In this document: positions 51,209 through 62,389 of the stretch, in pieces
How positions within the stretch are numbered: position 1 is the first letter of the stretch
How the letters are laid out: each line of letters starts with the position of its first letter
Source: Terriglobia bacterium
GTDB taxonomy: Bacteria > Acidobacteriota > Terriglobia > JAJPHL01 > JAPKYU01
DNA: 64,000 nt
Direction: 5' to 3'
NCBI GenBank assembly: GCA_965206645.1
Contig: CBDBKE010000004.1
Location: 1,760,001-1,824,000 of the forward strand
The notes under the pieces: model-generated
The model's database searches: none
What the model was told of the DNA's origin: nothing
What the model saw: only the letters and a program-made list of their open reading frames with translations
Program-made: the position numbers and the translations under genes

Positions 51209-51609
51209 TCCTCCCCCCTTCCATGTCCAGTCCGTACCCTAACCTCTAACTTATCAACTGGACCGATTGAAGGGGGGCAGGTCACATTCCACCGCCCCTA
51301 CCGTGCTCCAAGGCTTTTCTTTCCAACGTAGAAACCGCCGGTACTTGATACCTTCGGCGGTTAGTATGACTTGAGAGGCGAGAAGCGGGAGGGTCACTGC
51401 AAGCAGGAGTATCGAGAACAACGTGAGTGTAACAATGATGGGAGAGGTTGCGGGATGCATGAACCCAACTGCCCACACCAACACAAGTGACGACACTATT
51501 TTCGAACTCAACCAATCATAAAGAGAACTTTTGTATTGAATCTCCGCCATGCGATCCTATTCGTGGCAGATGCGCCAGTGCGGCCAGCCTACCGCACAAT
51601 ACCGACCGC

Positions 51610-52092
51610 CTAACGGGCCTTGTTTTCTGTTTGCTGTGGCTCGATTGACACCGCAGAAGGGTGTGCGGAAGCAAGTGTTTCGTGTAACCATGGCACTATT
51701 TCTGGAGTAGAGCGACCCGAAAGTTCGGTGATGAACTCCTTTACCGAAGGATTGGAAACAAACTGGAGTGTGCATCGCAAAGGAGAAACGTCTCGTAAGT
51801 GGATAGACAGGCCATAAAAACGATCCCAATCCACTGCTCCGATTGTTTCCCAGAGTACAAACTGCAGCCTTAGATAGCGGCGGAAGTAGACGCCTTTGTC
51901 ATTCGCAAAACCGTAAACGACAGGGTGAGCCTTTATCACGACAAATAATAGCATTAGAAGAAAAAGAGCATCGAATAGGTCTACGCCGCCTCGGAGCGTT
52001 CCTGGCAACAACAGTAGCGCCAATAATATAAGAAAGCTTCTCACCCATAGCCACATGCCAAATGAGCCCAATTGCCGGCGTTCGACATTCAT
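51610..52092 (-). CDS. Hypothetical membrane protein (2 TM + soluble domain), paralogous to the IS3-split gene
   Basis: GVYFRRYLRLQFVLWETIGAVDW resembles GIKYRRFLRWKEKPWSTVGAVEC; AT-richer than the flanks. Confidence 0.6.
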   Translation of the reverse strand: MNVERRQLGSFGMWLWVRSFLILLALLLLPGTLRGGVDLFDALFLLMLLFVVIKAHPVVYGFANDKGVYFRRYLRLQFVLWETIGAVDWDRFYGLSIHLRDVSPLRCTLQFVSNPSVKEFITELSGRSTPEIVPWLHETLASAHPSAVSIEPQQTENKAR

Positions 52093-52117
52093 TCCGAACA
52101 GCTTTCTCCGCCGACCC

Positions 52118-54106
<1,989 letters not shown>

Positions 54107-54210
54107 CTTTTGCTCCGTTAGGTGAAAGTCTGCATGCCCGGGCAGGGCTGATAGCTGTTGGTTGCTGGCCGGGGTTAAATGCGGAACCCGCAGTCCGAAT
54201 GCAAACCCCG

Positions 54211-54240
54211 AATCTACCTTTGCTCTTGCAAGCTTGTCAA
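54211..54240 (-). promoter_or_regulatory. Putative sigma70 promoter for acs
   Basis: TTGACA-18 nt-TAGATT on the minus strand about 105 nt upstream of the ATG. Confidence 0.5.
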
Positions 54241-54304
54241 CGCGGGGAGCCTTTACGGCTCGGGCGTGGAGCAAAAGGACCCACAAAGGAGCCCTCAGAA
54301 AGGC

Positions 54305-54333
54305 TTGACGAGCGGCGAATAAAAAGCGAAAAT
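54305..54333 (+). promoter_or_regulatory. Sigma70 promoter overlapped by a GCGAA-N6-GCGAA direct repeat (candidate LexA box)
   Basis: TTGACG-17 nt-GAAAAT; GCGAA at 54315 and 54326; GTG start 5 nt after the -10 element. Confidence 0.55.
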
Positions 54334-54338
54334 AGGCC

Positions 54339-55349
54339 GTGTCCCAACTCACCCTGGCTCCCTGGCTGCCCCCACGCCAGGGCCCCAACCAACTCGTGGG
54401 CATTGCGAGGCTAGCTGCCGAAAGCCCCTCGCTCGGCACGAAGACGCAGGTGGAGTATCGATCGCTGCCGGTCCGCAGCATCCTGAACCGCTGCGACAGC
54501 AGCCGCGTGCCGTTTGACTACACCATCAACCCTTATCGGGGCTGTGAATTCGGCTGCAAGTATTGCTACGCGCGCTATACGCACGAGTACATGGAGCTGG
54601 ATGGCGGGCTGTTCGAGAACCGCATCTACGCCAAGCAGCGCGCGGCTGAGCTGCTTCGGGCCGAGCTGAAGAAGGCAGAGGGCGCTGAGATTGCCATCGG
54701 CGCGGCCACCGACCCCTACCAGCCGGCCGAGCGCCGCTTTGGTGTCACCCGGCAGATTCTGGAAGTGATCGCCGAGAGGGCGCGCGGGGTGCGGCTCTCG
54801 ATCACGACGAAATCCGACCTGGTCGTGCGCGACCTCAGCCTGCTGCGGCGGATCGGCAGGTGCAACTCTGTTCACGTGAACGTGACCATCACCACCTTGC
54901 ATGCCCCGCTGGCACGGACGCTGGAGCCGCGCGCGCCCGGCCCTGACTTGCGCCTGTCTGCCGTGCGCTGTCTGGCCGAAGGCGGCGTCTGGGTTGGAGT
55001 TTTCGCCGCTCCAGTTCTGCCAGCCATCACCGACAACCCGAATGACCTGCAGGCGGTGGCGCGGGAGGCAGCGGCGGCCGGCGCTCGCCATTTCATGGCC
55101 TCGGCGTTGTTCTTGATGCCCTCAGCGCAAAAGCAGTTCTTCCCCTTCCTGGAAACCCAATTCCCTCATCTGGTGGCGGCCTACCGGAGGAGCTATCAGC
55201 GCGGCGCCTATCTGGGCGATCACTATCAACAGCGCCTTCAGAAGCTGGTCAGCCGACTACGGGAGCAGTATGGGCTGTTGCCGAGCCCCCGCACCTATCC
55301 AGTGGAAGCTCCGCAGGCACCCGCCCAAGCGGGACTGTTTGGCCCGTAG
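54339..55349 (+). CDS. Radical SAM protein, Rv2578c/PA0069 (SplB-like) family
   Basis: [17 protein letters not shown] (CxxxCxxC), [13 protein letters not shown] and LEPRAP motifs. Confidence 0.9.
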   Translation: MSQLTLAPWLPPRQGPNQLVGIARLAAESPSLGTKTQVEYRSLPVRSILNRCDSSRVPFDYTINPYRGCEFGCKYCYARYTHEYMELDGGLFENRIYAKQRAAELLRAELKKAEGAEIAIGAATDPYQPAERRFGVTRQILEVIAERARGVRLSITTKSDLVVRDLSLLRRIGRCNSVHVNVTITTLHAPLARTLEPRAPGPDLRLSAVRCLAEGGVWVGVFAAPVLPAITDNPNDLQAVAREAAAAGARHFMASALFLMPSAQKQFFPFLETQFPHLVAAYRRSYQRGAYLGDHYQQRLQKLVSRLREQYGLLPSPRTYPVEAPQAPAQAGLFGP

Positions 55350-55464
55350 GCGAGGTGCGAACGCCTTACGGCTGGACGGCCGTTATAACTGCAGTGCCTT
55401 CCGTTGCCATTTGTGGTAAAAAGGCCAGATCAGCGCCTGGCCGGATCAGCGCTGGGAGGTTCCG

Positions 55465-56607
55465 ATGAAGAAATGGGCTTTGGCACTTGTCCTGCTTCTG
55501 GCCATTCCCACCTGGGGGGAGAAGAAGTACAAGATTGTCACCGACTCTCCAGAGGATAAGAGGCTCATGGAAATCGAGGGAGAGCCTGACACCAAGAAGC
55601 GTCTGGCGATGCTGGAGGAGTTCGCCCAGAAGTTCGCCGGCAGCGAGGCTCTGCCCTACACCTACCAGATGTACTCGGCGGCCTACCTGGAACTGAAACA
55701 GTACGACAAGGCGGTCGAGTATGGCGAGATGGCGGCGGACGCCGACGACGAAGACCTGGATGCGCTGATCACCCTGGTTCGCGCCGCGCTGGAAACGAAG
55801 GACTACGCCCGCGTCCACAAGTGGAGCGTGGCGGCTGTGCCCCTCCATACGAAGGCCAAGGCCGATCCTATGGAGGACCTGGATGATGAAGACTTTGACG
55901 CGGAGCATGCCAAGCTAAAGAGCTATCTGGAATTTCTGGAGTACTCCCTGTTCCAGGCGGCGGCGCAAGATACCACGCCGGAGCGGGTGAAATACCTGGA
56001 CTCGTTTGCCCAGAGCTTTCCCGAAAGCGAACAGATCAAGCAGCTGCCCGCGCTCTACGCAGTAACCTACCAGAGGCTCGGCGACGTCCCCAAGATGTTG
56101 GAGTCTGCGGAGAAGGCCATTGAGACCGAGCCGGAAAACGAGAGCATGCTGCTGCTGCTCGCTGAGACCCGCACCCATCAATTAATGGCCCAAACCGAGG
56201 GCCGCAAGCCCGAAGAAGTGGAGGAAGTGCAGCAACTGGGGGAGCGTCTGCTTGAGGTGGTGCAGACCAAGAGCGCGCCGGAAGGGGTGGCCGAGGCCGA
56301 TTGGGAGCACCATCTGAACAACTTTCGCGGCGCTGGACATTCGATTATGGGCCGCGTCCTGATGATGCAAGAAAAGATCGAGGACGCCTTGAAGGAGCTG
56401 GAGGCTGCTGCCCCGCTACTGGAAGGCAACGTGCAAGCCCTCAGCCCGGTGCTTTTCTTCCAAGGCTGGGGCTATGCCAAGCTCATCCGTAACGAAGAAG
56501 CCCGCACCGTGTTGGAGCGGTGCGTGGAAATGGGCGGCGCCTATGCTCAAGCGGCCGGGGGAATCCTGAAAAAACTGCCTCCCCCCAAGAGAAGAAGAAG
56601 AAGGTAG
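55465..56607 (+). CDS. Secreted acidic TPR-like repeat protein
   Basis: GGAGG RBS, signal peptide and TPR-like helices (AYLELKQYDKAVEYGEMA). Confidence 0.8.
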   Translation: MKKWALALVLLLAIPTWGEKKYKIVTDSPEDKRLMEIEGEPDTKKRLAMLEEFAQKFAGSEALPYTYQMYSAAYLELKQYDKAVEYGEMAADADDEDLDALITLVRAALETKDYARVHKWSVAAVPLHTKAKADPMEDLDDEDFDAEHAKLKSYLEFLEYSLFQAAAQDTTPERVKYLDSFAQSFPESEQIKQLPALYAVTYQRLGDVPKMLESAEKAIETEPENESMLLLLAETRTHQLMAQTEGRKPEEVEEVQQLGERLLEVVQTKSAPEGVAEADWEHHLNNFRGAGHSIMGRVLMMQEKIEDALKELEAAAPLLEGNVQALSPVLFFQGWGYAKLIRNEEARTVLERCVEMGGAYAQAAGGILKKLPPPKRRRRR

Positions 56608-56644
56608 CCCCGTTCCCTTGGTCGGTGGGGCAGGCTTTCCCGTT

Positions 56645-56740
56645 CCGACCGCCGACTGCTCACTGCCTACTGCCTACTGTTCTGCAGCCGAACCGCCGCC
56701 GACTGTACCCCGCCTACTGCCCACTGCCTGCTGCCTACTG
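56645..56740. repeat. Degenerate heptamer tandem repeats (CCTACTG-like)
   Basis: CCGACCG CCGACTG CTCACTG CCTACTG CCTACTG ... CCTACTG CCCACTG CCTGCTG CCTACTG between convergent genes. Confidence 0.75.
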
Positions 56741-57844
56741 TTTCGGCACTATCTTCACCGCCAGGTCACTCGGCCCCACCCCAACCGGCAGGATGGTGAG
56801 TAGGGAGATGGGGTTAGCCTGAACGCGGAGGACGGCCATGTCGTTCGAGTGAAAGTTCAGCACCAGCAGGAAGCGCTCGTCGGCAGTCAGCGCCAGGCGG
56901 AAGGGTCCGGTACCGGTAGGCACGTCCGCCAGAAGCTCGCGGGTCTCGATGTCCACCACGCTGACGCTGTTGGAAGCGAAATTGGCGACGTAGCCACGGG
57001 CGCCGTCGCCGCTAACCAGCGTCTCGACTGGCTCGGCGCCCACCGGCATCGTCAGGGCGACCTCGTCGGTGTAGGTGCTCAGGATGGTGATGGAATTCGA
57101 GCCGGCATTGCTGGCGATCATTTCTCCGCCATCCGGTTTCAGCGCCAAATGCACTGGCCGCGTGCCGACCGGCAGGTGGACCAGCAGCTTCCTCTGCTGC
57201 AAGTCCACCGCGGAAACCTGGCTAGCGTCGGGCTGGGCGGCGAAGGCCTGAGAACTATCGGGCAAGATCTCCACCCAGGCTGGCGCGGCCGGCAGGGGTA
57301 CCCGCGCCGCTACCATCCCCTTTGCTAGGTCCAGGATTAGAAGCTGCCGACCGGCGGCGTCGCCCACGCATAGCAAATTGCGAGTAGGAGCCAGACTCCA
57401 GGCCACAGGCTCGCAGCCTGGACCCAGCTGAATCGTGTTGATTACCCGGCGCTCCCGCAGGTCCACGATGTGGACCGCAGGCTCCACCCGGCTCAACACA
57501 AAGGCGGTGTTGCCGCCTGCGTTGACCTCCAGCCGCACAGGGCTCCCGGCCACCGCTATGCTGGCATCTAACTGCAGTCGCACGGCATCAATCACTTCCA
57601 AGCGCCCGGCCCGCGTCGCCACGTAAACCTCGTTGCGGACCGGGCCGGCGCGTACCGCGACGGGAGCACGGCTAACGGGGATGGAAGCAACCGTGCTCAC
57701 GCGGTCCAGGTCAATGACCGTCACCACGTTGCTGCGTTCGGCGGCCACGAATACCAGTTCGCGGTGCGGTACAGCCGACTGCTTTTTACACGCGCTTGAC
57801 CCCGAGAGGACGAGGAGGAGGAAGCAGGTGAGTGGCTGTCTCAT
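56735..57844 (-). CDS. YVTN/YncE-family beta-propeller protein (possible lipoprotein)
   Basis: Repeated VANFASNSVSVVD-type motifs and PVG.xP turns; SSAC lipobox-like sequence. Confidence 0.85.
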   Translation of the reverse strand: MRQPLTCFLLLVLSGSSACKKQSAVPHRELVFVAAERSNVVTVIDLDRVSTVASIPVSRAPVAVRAGPVRNEVYVATRAGRLEVIDAVRLQLDASIAVAGSPVRLEVNAGGNTAFVLSRVEPAVHIVDLRERRVINTIQLGPGCEPVAWSLAPTRNLLCVGDAAGRQLLILDLAKGMVAARVPLPAAPAWVEILPDSSQAFAAQPDASQVSAVDLQQRKLLVHLPVGTRPVHLALKPDGGEMIASNAGSNSITILSTYTDEVALTMPVGAEPVETLVSGDGARGYVANFASNSVSVVDIETRELLADVPTGTGPFRLALTADERFLLVLNFHSNDMAVLRVQANPISLLTILPVGVGPSDLAVKIVPKQ

Positions 57845-57982
57845 CTGGCGCCGTTGCCCATCAGCCTACCCTGCGATCCGCCTGCCTGTCAAAAACAGGC
57901 TCGATTCTGGTTTTCTACGACAAAAAACGGTCGTGCGGCCCCGCATGGGCGCTGCCGCACTGCGAGCCATCGGGCTGAGGCG

Positions 57983-58651
57983 TCATCCAGAGCGGAGTGC
58001 CTCCTCCAGCAGAGAATTCACGCTCTTCAGGCATTCCAAGACGAAGATCTTGCGCCCCTCGCGGGACTGCCACCAGCGCCGAGGCTCAAACCAATCGTCG
58101 GGGGCGGGATAAGCCAGCACGCGCAGGCGCCCGCGGCTGGCGTGAAGAAACGCGCGGCGAGCGCGGCGGGTGTGGTAGTTGGAAGTCACCACGTAGAGCG
58201 AGCGGATACCTCTGCGCTCCAACATGCCGGTCAGCAATTGCGCTTCCCGCCAGGTGGAACGGGCGGCGTGGGGAATGGAGAGCAGGTCTTCCTCGCGGAT
58301 TCCCTGCGAAATTGCCAATGGCACCGAGAGCTCTGTCTCGTGGATGCCATAGCCCCATTTCGGTCCACTCAGCACCACTTTGCGGACCCAGCCCTTACGG
58401 TACAGGTGAACGGCGGCACGGACGCGGTAGCCTGCGTAGCTATTGTCGCCACCCAGCACCACGGCGGCATCCGCCCTCTCCAGCGGATCAGACACGACCA
58501 GCATCCAAGACAGGCCCGGCAGCAACGGCTGCCGCAACAGGTAGATGGTCCCGCATGCCACCAACACCGCGACCAACAGCAGTGCCCAGCGTCGCCGCCT
58601 GGGCCTGGCCCCTGGAGGGGCGGCGCGCTTGCCCGAGGGCTGTCGCTTCAT
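57983..58651 (-). CDS. YdcF/ElyC/SanA family (DUF218) protein
   Basis: N-terminal TM; ADAAVVLGG, STWREA and VVTSNYHTRRA motifs. Confidence 0.88.
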   Translation of the reverse strand: MKRQPSGKRAAPPGARPRRRRWALLLVAVLVACGTIYLLRQPLLPGLSWMLVVSDPLERADAAVVLGGDNSYAGYRVRAAVHLYRKGWVRKVVLSGPKWGYGIHETELSVPLAISQGIREEDLLSIPHAARSTWREAQLLTGMLERRGIRSLYVVTSNYHTRRARRAFLHASRGRLRVLAYPAPDDWFEPRRWWQSREGRKIFVLECLKSVNSLLEEALRSG

Positions 58652-59352
58652 CTGGCGACCTTCAACACCCCACCCGTGGAGGCGTGCACGTACACGGTAA
58701 AGGGGCTGGTGGTGCATCCTACGTCGTAGCAAACGAGCCACACCAGCCCCTGGTAGGATTGGCTGTACTCCAACAAGAAGGTAACCGGTGTCTGAGGATT
58801 TTTTTTGCGGAAGGCCTTCCCTTCCTTCGCTTCGGCCACTTCGAACGCCTGATTGCTGTCAGTCCGAAAACCTGCCACCAAGAACGTCGGGCCGCTGAGT
58901 TCCGATTCGGCGCCGTACCGCTCATCGTGCCCCGCAAAGACTCCCTCATGCAGGTTCTGCGTTTTTACGGTGGAGTAGGTATAGGTTTTGTACTTCCGCA
59001 GGGAGGGAGAGGCGAAGCTGGCGGTCCAGGCAGTGGCTAAGCCCCCGACTCCGGTGGATTGCTTTAGATAGAAGTTGGTGAGGTGAAAGGGCTTCGCATC
59101 GCGTGCCCAGGAACGCGCAGCCACAAACATGTTCTGAAAGGCCTGGCGCCCGGTGACTTCCTTGGGTGGCTCGGGGGCTTCCGTCTCCTCCGTTCGGAAA
59201 GATGGGGCCTCGCCACTACCGCAGCCGCCCGCCAGCAGCAACACCAGGCTGGCTGACAGGATCGCAGTGGAGCGGAAGACCGGAGAAACAGAACGAGGCC
59301 GTCGAACCCACGCAAGCACCCTCGCAGCGCGAGACAACGCAAAGAGGTGCAT
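58648..59352 (-). CDS. Hypothetical lipoprotein
   Basis: LAGGC lipobox; ATGA overlap with the downstream gene; TATAAT 12 nt upstream. Confidence 0.7.
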   Translation of the reverse strand: MHLFALSRAARVLAWVRRPRSVSPVFRSTAILSASLVLLLAGGCGSGEAPSFRTEETEAPEPPKEVTGRQAFQNMFVAARSWARDAKPFHLTNFYLKQSTGVGGLATAWTASFASPSLRKYKTYTYSTVKTQNLHEGVFAGHDERYGAESELSGPTFLVAGFRTDSNQAFEVAEAKEGKAFRKKNPQTPVTFLLEYSQSYQGLVWLVCYDVGCTTSPFTVYVHASTGGVLKVAR

Positions 59353-59416
59353 CGGTGCACCTGATTATACGCCCGCGGCACGCCACGCAGAACGAACGGC
59401 GGAGCAGCGGAACCCT

Positions 59417-59430
59417 ATTGTGTACACAAT
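59417..59430. promoter_or_regulatory. Perfect 14-bp palindrome, candidate transcription-factor operator
   Basis: ATTGTGTACACAAT, intergenic. Confidence 0.45.
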
Positions 59431-59446
59431 TGGTCCACCCCTCCGG

Positions 59447-59509
59447 CGTTGCTCAATTGTCGTTGCTCGATTGGCGTTGCCCACTTGTCGATTGGCTTTG
59501 CTCGCTTGT
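59447..59509. repeat. 9x degenerate heptamer tandem array
   Basis: CGTTGCT CAATTGT CGTTGCT CGATTGG CGTTGCC CACTTGT CGATTGG CTTTGCT CGCTTGT. Confidence 0.7.
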
Positions 59510-60639
59510 CAATGACCCACGCCGGACTGGAGGACGGCCCGCACTCGGCCCAGTGCTTCCGGAAAGAGCGCCCCTGCTACCCCAAAGCCCAATCGGAAGT
59601 GGGCTGGCATGCTAAAGGTGTATCCTGGGGCAACCAGCACTCCGGCTTCCTTCACCAGCCTGCGGCAGAGCGGTTCGGAATCCGCTTGGTGTTTCAGCCA
59701 GGGGAAGCAGGTAAAGCCGCCCTGCGGCTCCACCCAGCCGATCTGCCCGGTCAGGTCGCCGACCAGCGCTGCCAGAGCGCGCAGGTTCTGCGCAGCCAGA
59801 TTGGTATTCCGCTCCCAGATGGTTCGGTAGCGCCGCAAGGCCAGGGCCGCCAGTCGCTCGCTCAGCACGCTACTGGAGATGGTGATGAAGCTGCGTGCGT
59901 TGTAATAGGCCTGGCGACGGAAGTCGTCGCGCTCCAGGATCCAGCCGATGCGCAGGCCCGCCAGGCTTAAGGCCTTCGATACGTCGCCAATCACCACTGC
60001 GTTGGGGATCTGGGCGGCACTGGCACGCTCGCGTCCATCGTAGTAAATGCCGTGATACACCTCATCGCTGATGAAGCGGATACCTCGGGCCGCCGCCAGC
60101 TCGCCGACCGCGCGGACTTGCTCCGGCTCCATCACCACTCCGGTGGGGTTGTGAGGGCTGCAGACGACGATGGCGCGCGTCTCCCGGTCGATCAACTGAG
60201 GCAGCTCGCCGAGGTCGAGGCGAAACTCGTTCTCAGGGCGAAGCCGCCAGTAGCGCACCTCAGCCCCCAGGGCGCGCGGGATGCCATCCATGGCGGGGTA
60301 GCAGGGATGGGGGACGATGACGTTGGCGCCTCGCACGCATACGTCGAACAAAATTAGCCACAGCGCCTCGCCCGCGCCGGTAGTCACCTGCACCCACTCC
60401 GGGTCAATCCCGCCGCCGTAGAAGTCGGCCACGGCGCGCCGCAGTTCCCGCGTGCCAGCGGCGTGCACGTAGTTGAGCAGTACCCTGCCCAGTTCGGCCC
60501 AACCCGTTTCGCCATCCTCTTCCAGCTCCAGCAGTTGCTCCGCCGTCCAGAGCGGGCCTGTACTGGCGGCCAGGTTGAACTCAACGTCGGTCTCGTACTC
60601 ATTCAGCCAGGTGGCCAGAGCGAACTCTTCAATTTCCAT
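59509..60639 (-). CDS. PLP-dependent aminotransferase class I/II
   Basis: SPHNPTG, SDEVY, VSKALSLAGLRIGW and FRLGF motifs. Confidence 0.92.
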   Translation of the reverse strand: MEIEEFALATWLNEYETDVEFNLAASTGPLWTAEQLLELEEDGETGWAELGRVLLNYVHAAGTRELRRAVADFYGGGIDPEWVQVTTGAGEALWLILFDVCVRGANVIVPHPCYPAMDGIPRALGAEVRYWRLRPENEFRLDLGELPQLIDRETRAIVVCSPHNPTGVVMEPEQVRAVGELAAARGIRFISDEVYHGIYYDGRERASAAQIPNAVVIGDVSKALSLAGLRIGWILERDDFRRQAYYNARSFITISSSVLSERLAALALRRYRTIWERNTNLAAQNLRALAALVGDLTGQIGWVEPQGGFTCFPWLKHQADSEPLCRRLVKEAGVLVAPGYTFSMPAHFRLGFGVAGALFPEALGRVRAVLQSGVGH

Positions 60640-60696
60640 GTGCGTGTCCCAAAAGACGGAATCATTGCATTCTTGAAGTAGCGAATCAATAATCAA

Positions 60697-62344
60697 CCGG
60701 AATTTCCTTTTTGGCCTTCCGGCGATTGGAAATATACACGCATCTGCGTCCCAGCGAGTACAATGTTTTCTCCGAGAGGACCATCGGCTCCGAGCGTCCC
60801 TTTCGGGGTCCCCTAAAACCGTCCAATCAGCATCCAAACCCAGCTTTTTCAGACAACTCTCCATACCTGGGGGATAGCGGCATCGTTTTCTTGTGTGCCG
60901 TAGCCCAGGCTATCCCGACGGGAGTGCCAATCCATCGATCCGCCCCAGCATGCTGGCAAACAGCCGTCGGGTCAAATGGCCCTCGGCCAGCAGGAGCCAG
61001 TAGTACCGTGAGTGTTTTAGGAGCCGTCCTCCGGTTTTCACCAGCCGCTGCTGGAGGCTCGTCAAGGACCATTTCTCGATTCTCTGTGGCAGCACTAGCC
61101 GTCGCCACAGGTTGCCCAGGTTGTAGGCGATGATCGTCAGCCAAAGCCGTACCTCGTTAGATCGGAACTTGTGGCAACTGAGCCGCGTCATCTTCACCGC
61201 CTGCTTGCCTTCCTTGATCCACTGTTCTGCGGTGCCGCGCTTGTTATAGAATCGCACCACCGCCCGATTCGGCAGCGTCAGATTCGTTACAATGAACCCC
61301 ACTCGCGGGAACAACTCCCCGGAATGATGCTCTACTTTCGCCACCACCCTTCGAGCCGTCTTCCAACCGGCTGCCTGGTACAAGAACCCCTTGTACTCGA
61401 CCAGCGGTTTCTTGGTGGGCCTTCCCACGGGGCGTTTCAGTAGCTCTTCGATGTCTCGCTGCAGAATATCGTTGGCCGGGATGCGAATTGCGTACTTCAC
61501 ACCCCGTTCCTCCAATGCCTCGTACACCTCCGGCTTGGCAAAGGCCGCGTCCGCCCGAAACGCAATCTCTTTTCCCATTCTTTGCTGGCGCTCAATCTCG
61601 GGTAACAGGAGTTTCTCCCAACCCTCGGCACTGTGCACGTTGCCCGGACGCAGCTGGGCCGCCAGACAGTCGCCGTCTCGATTGAACAAAAGCAGCGGGT
61701 GATAGCAAGTGGACTCGAAGTGCCCGTTGTAGGCGCTCTGTTCCTGCTCCCCGTAGACCGGAATCTCGGTTGAGTCCATATCCAGCACCGCTCGGTAGTG
61801 CCACTGGAAGGCTTCGACCTTTCCGATCAGTTCCCGGTTGATCCGGGCTAACCCGACGAAGTTCTCCACCTTCGCCAGCATCTCCGTCTCGAAAGTTTGC
61901 AACCTGGAGGTCAGCGCCGCGCCTCGTTCCCAAGTCTTCTCTGAACCAATCAGCCGAAAGGTCGGGTCTTGCGACAGCCGCTCGGCATCATTTACATCCT
62001 CGTATCCAGCTAGGCGACTGTAGACCGACTGCCGCAGCAAGTCCGCGAAAGAAAACCGAGCATTGTTTGCCCGCGAATCGGTCAGGTGCTCGTCAATGAG
62101 TTCGCTGAATCCCAGACGCTCATCCAACTCCCGGACCAGAATCAGTCCACCATTGGAAGTCACCCGTGATCCCTGAAATCCGACTCGCAGGAATCGGTTG
62201 AACGACAGCTGAAATCCCTGTTTTCCGCTCTCACCCATTGGGTTTACGCCTCCGAACGCTCCGATTGATGCTGCAACCAGTATCAACATTGACGTTGGAG
62301 GTTAGCTGAAGGTTGCCGCTGCGTTTTCAAAAAGGAAATCCGGG
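60697..62344 (-). mobile_element. IS1380-family insertion sequence, 1648 bp
   Basis: Inverted repeats CCGGAATTTCCTTTTTG / CCCGGATTTCCTTTTTG (15/17); 5-bp target duplication ATCAA (60692-60696, 62345-62349). Confidence 0.93.
60910..62238 (-). CDS. IS1380 transposase
   Basis: VTSNGGL, LDMDST, YNGHF, LRPGNVHSA, RADAAF and YNKRGTAEQWIKEGK motifs. Confidence 0.93.
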   Translation of the reverse strand: MGESGKQGFQLSFNRFLRVGFQGSRVTSNGGLILVRELDERLGFSELIDEHLTDSRANNARFSFADLLRQSVYSRLAGYEDVNDAERLSQDPTFRLIGSEKTWERGAALTSRLQTFETEMLAKVENFVGLARINRELIGKVEAFQWHYRAVLDMDSTEIPVYGEQEQSAYNGHFESTCYHPLLLFNRDGDCLAAQLRPGNVHSAEGWEKLLLPEIERQQRMGKEIAFRADAAFAKPEVYEALEERGVKYAIRIPANDILQRDIEELLKRPVGRPTKKPLVEYKGFLYQAAGWKTARRVVAKVEHHSGELFPRVGFIVTNLTLPNRAVVRFYNKRGTAEQWIKEGKQAVKMTRLSCHKFRSNEVRLWLTIIAYNLGNLWRRLVLPQRIEKWSLTSLQQRLVKTGGRLLKHSRYYWLLLAEGHLTRRLFASMLGRIDGLALPSG

Positions 62345-62389
62345 ATCAATTGCCCGGTGCGGGGGTAGGTACGCAAGAGTGGCCTCTTT

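Larger units (their letters stand above)
50023..51284 (-). mobile_element. IS3-family insertion sequence, 1262 bp
   Basis: Terminal inverted repeats TGACCTGCCCCC...GGTCCA at both ends; 4-bp target duplication CATT (50019-50022, 51285-51288). Confidence 0.95.
49520..51550 (-). pseudogene. Membrane protein gene split by IS3 (254 aa when rejoined)
   Basis: 5' part 51550-51285 and 3' part 50018-49520 join in frame (..GAVE-C-PRYFAG..) once the IS and one CATT copy are removed. Confidence 0.8.

Noticed and set aside
50943-51224. 395-aa single-frame IS3 transposase starting at 51224
   Set aside because: The upstream part is the alternative frame of orfA; OrfAB is better explained by a -1 frameshift at GGGAAAC.
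54107-54210. Riboswitch in the acs leader (CGGGGTT...AACCCCG stem)
   Set aside because: A stem is possible, but I recognise no known aptamer consensus; an Rfam/Infernal search would be needed.
56645-59509. Repeat tracts as CRISPR arrays
   Set aside because: Units are 7 bp with no unique spacers and there are no cas genes.
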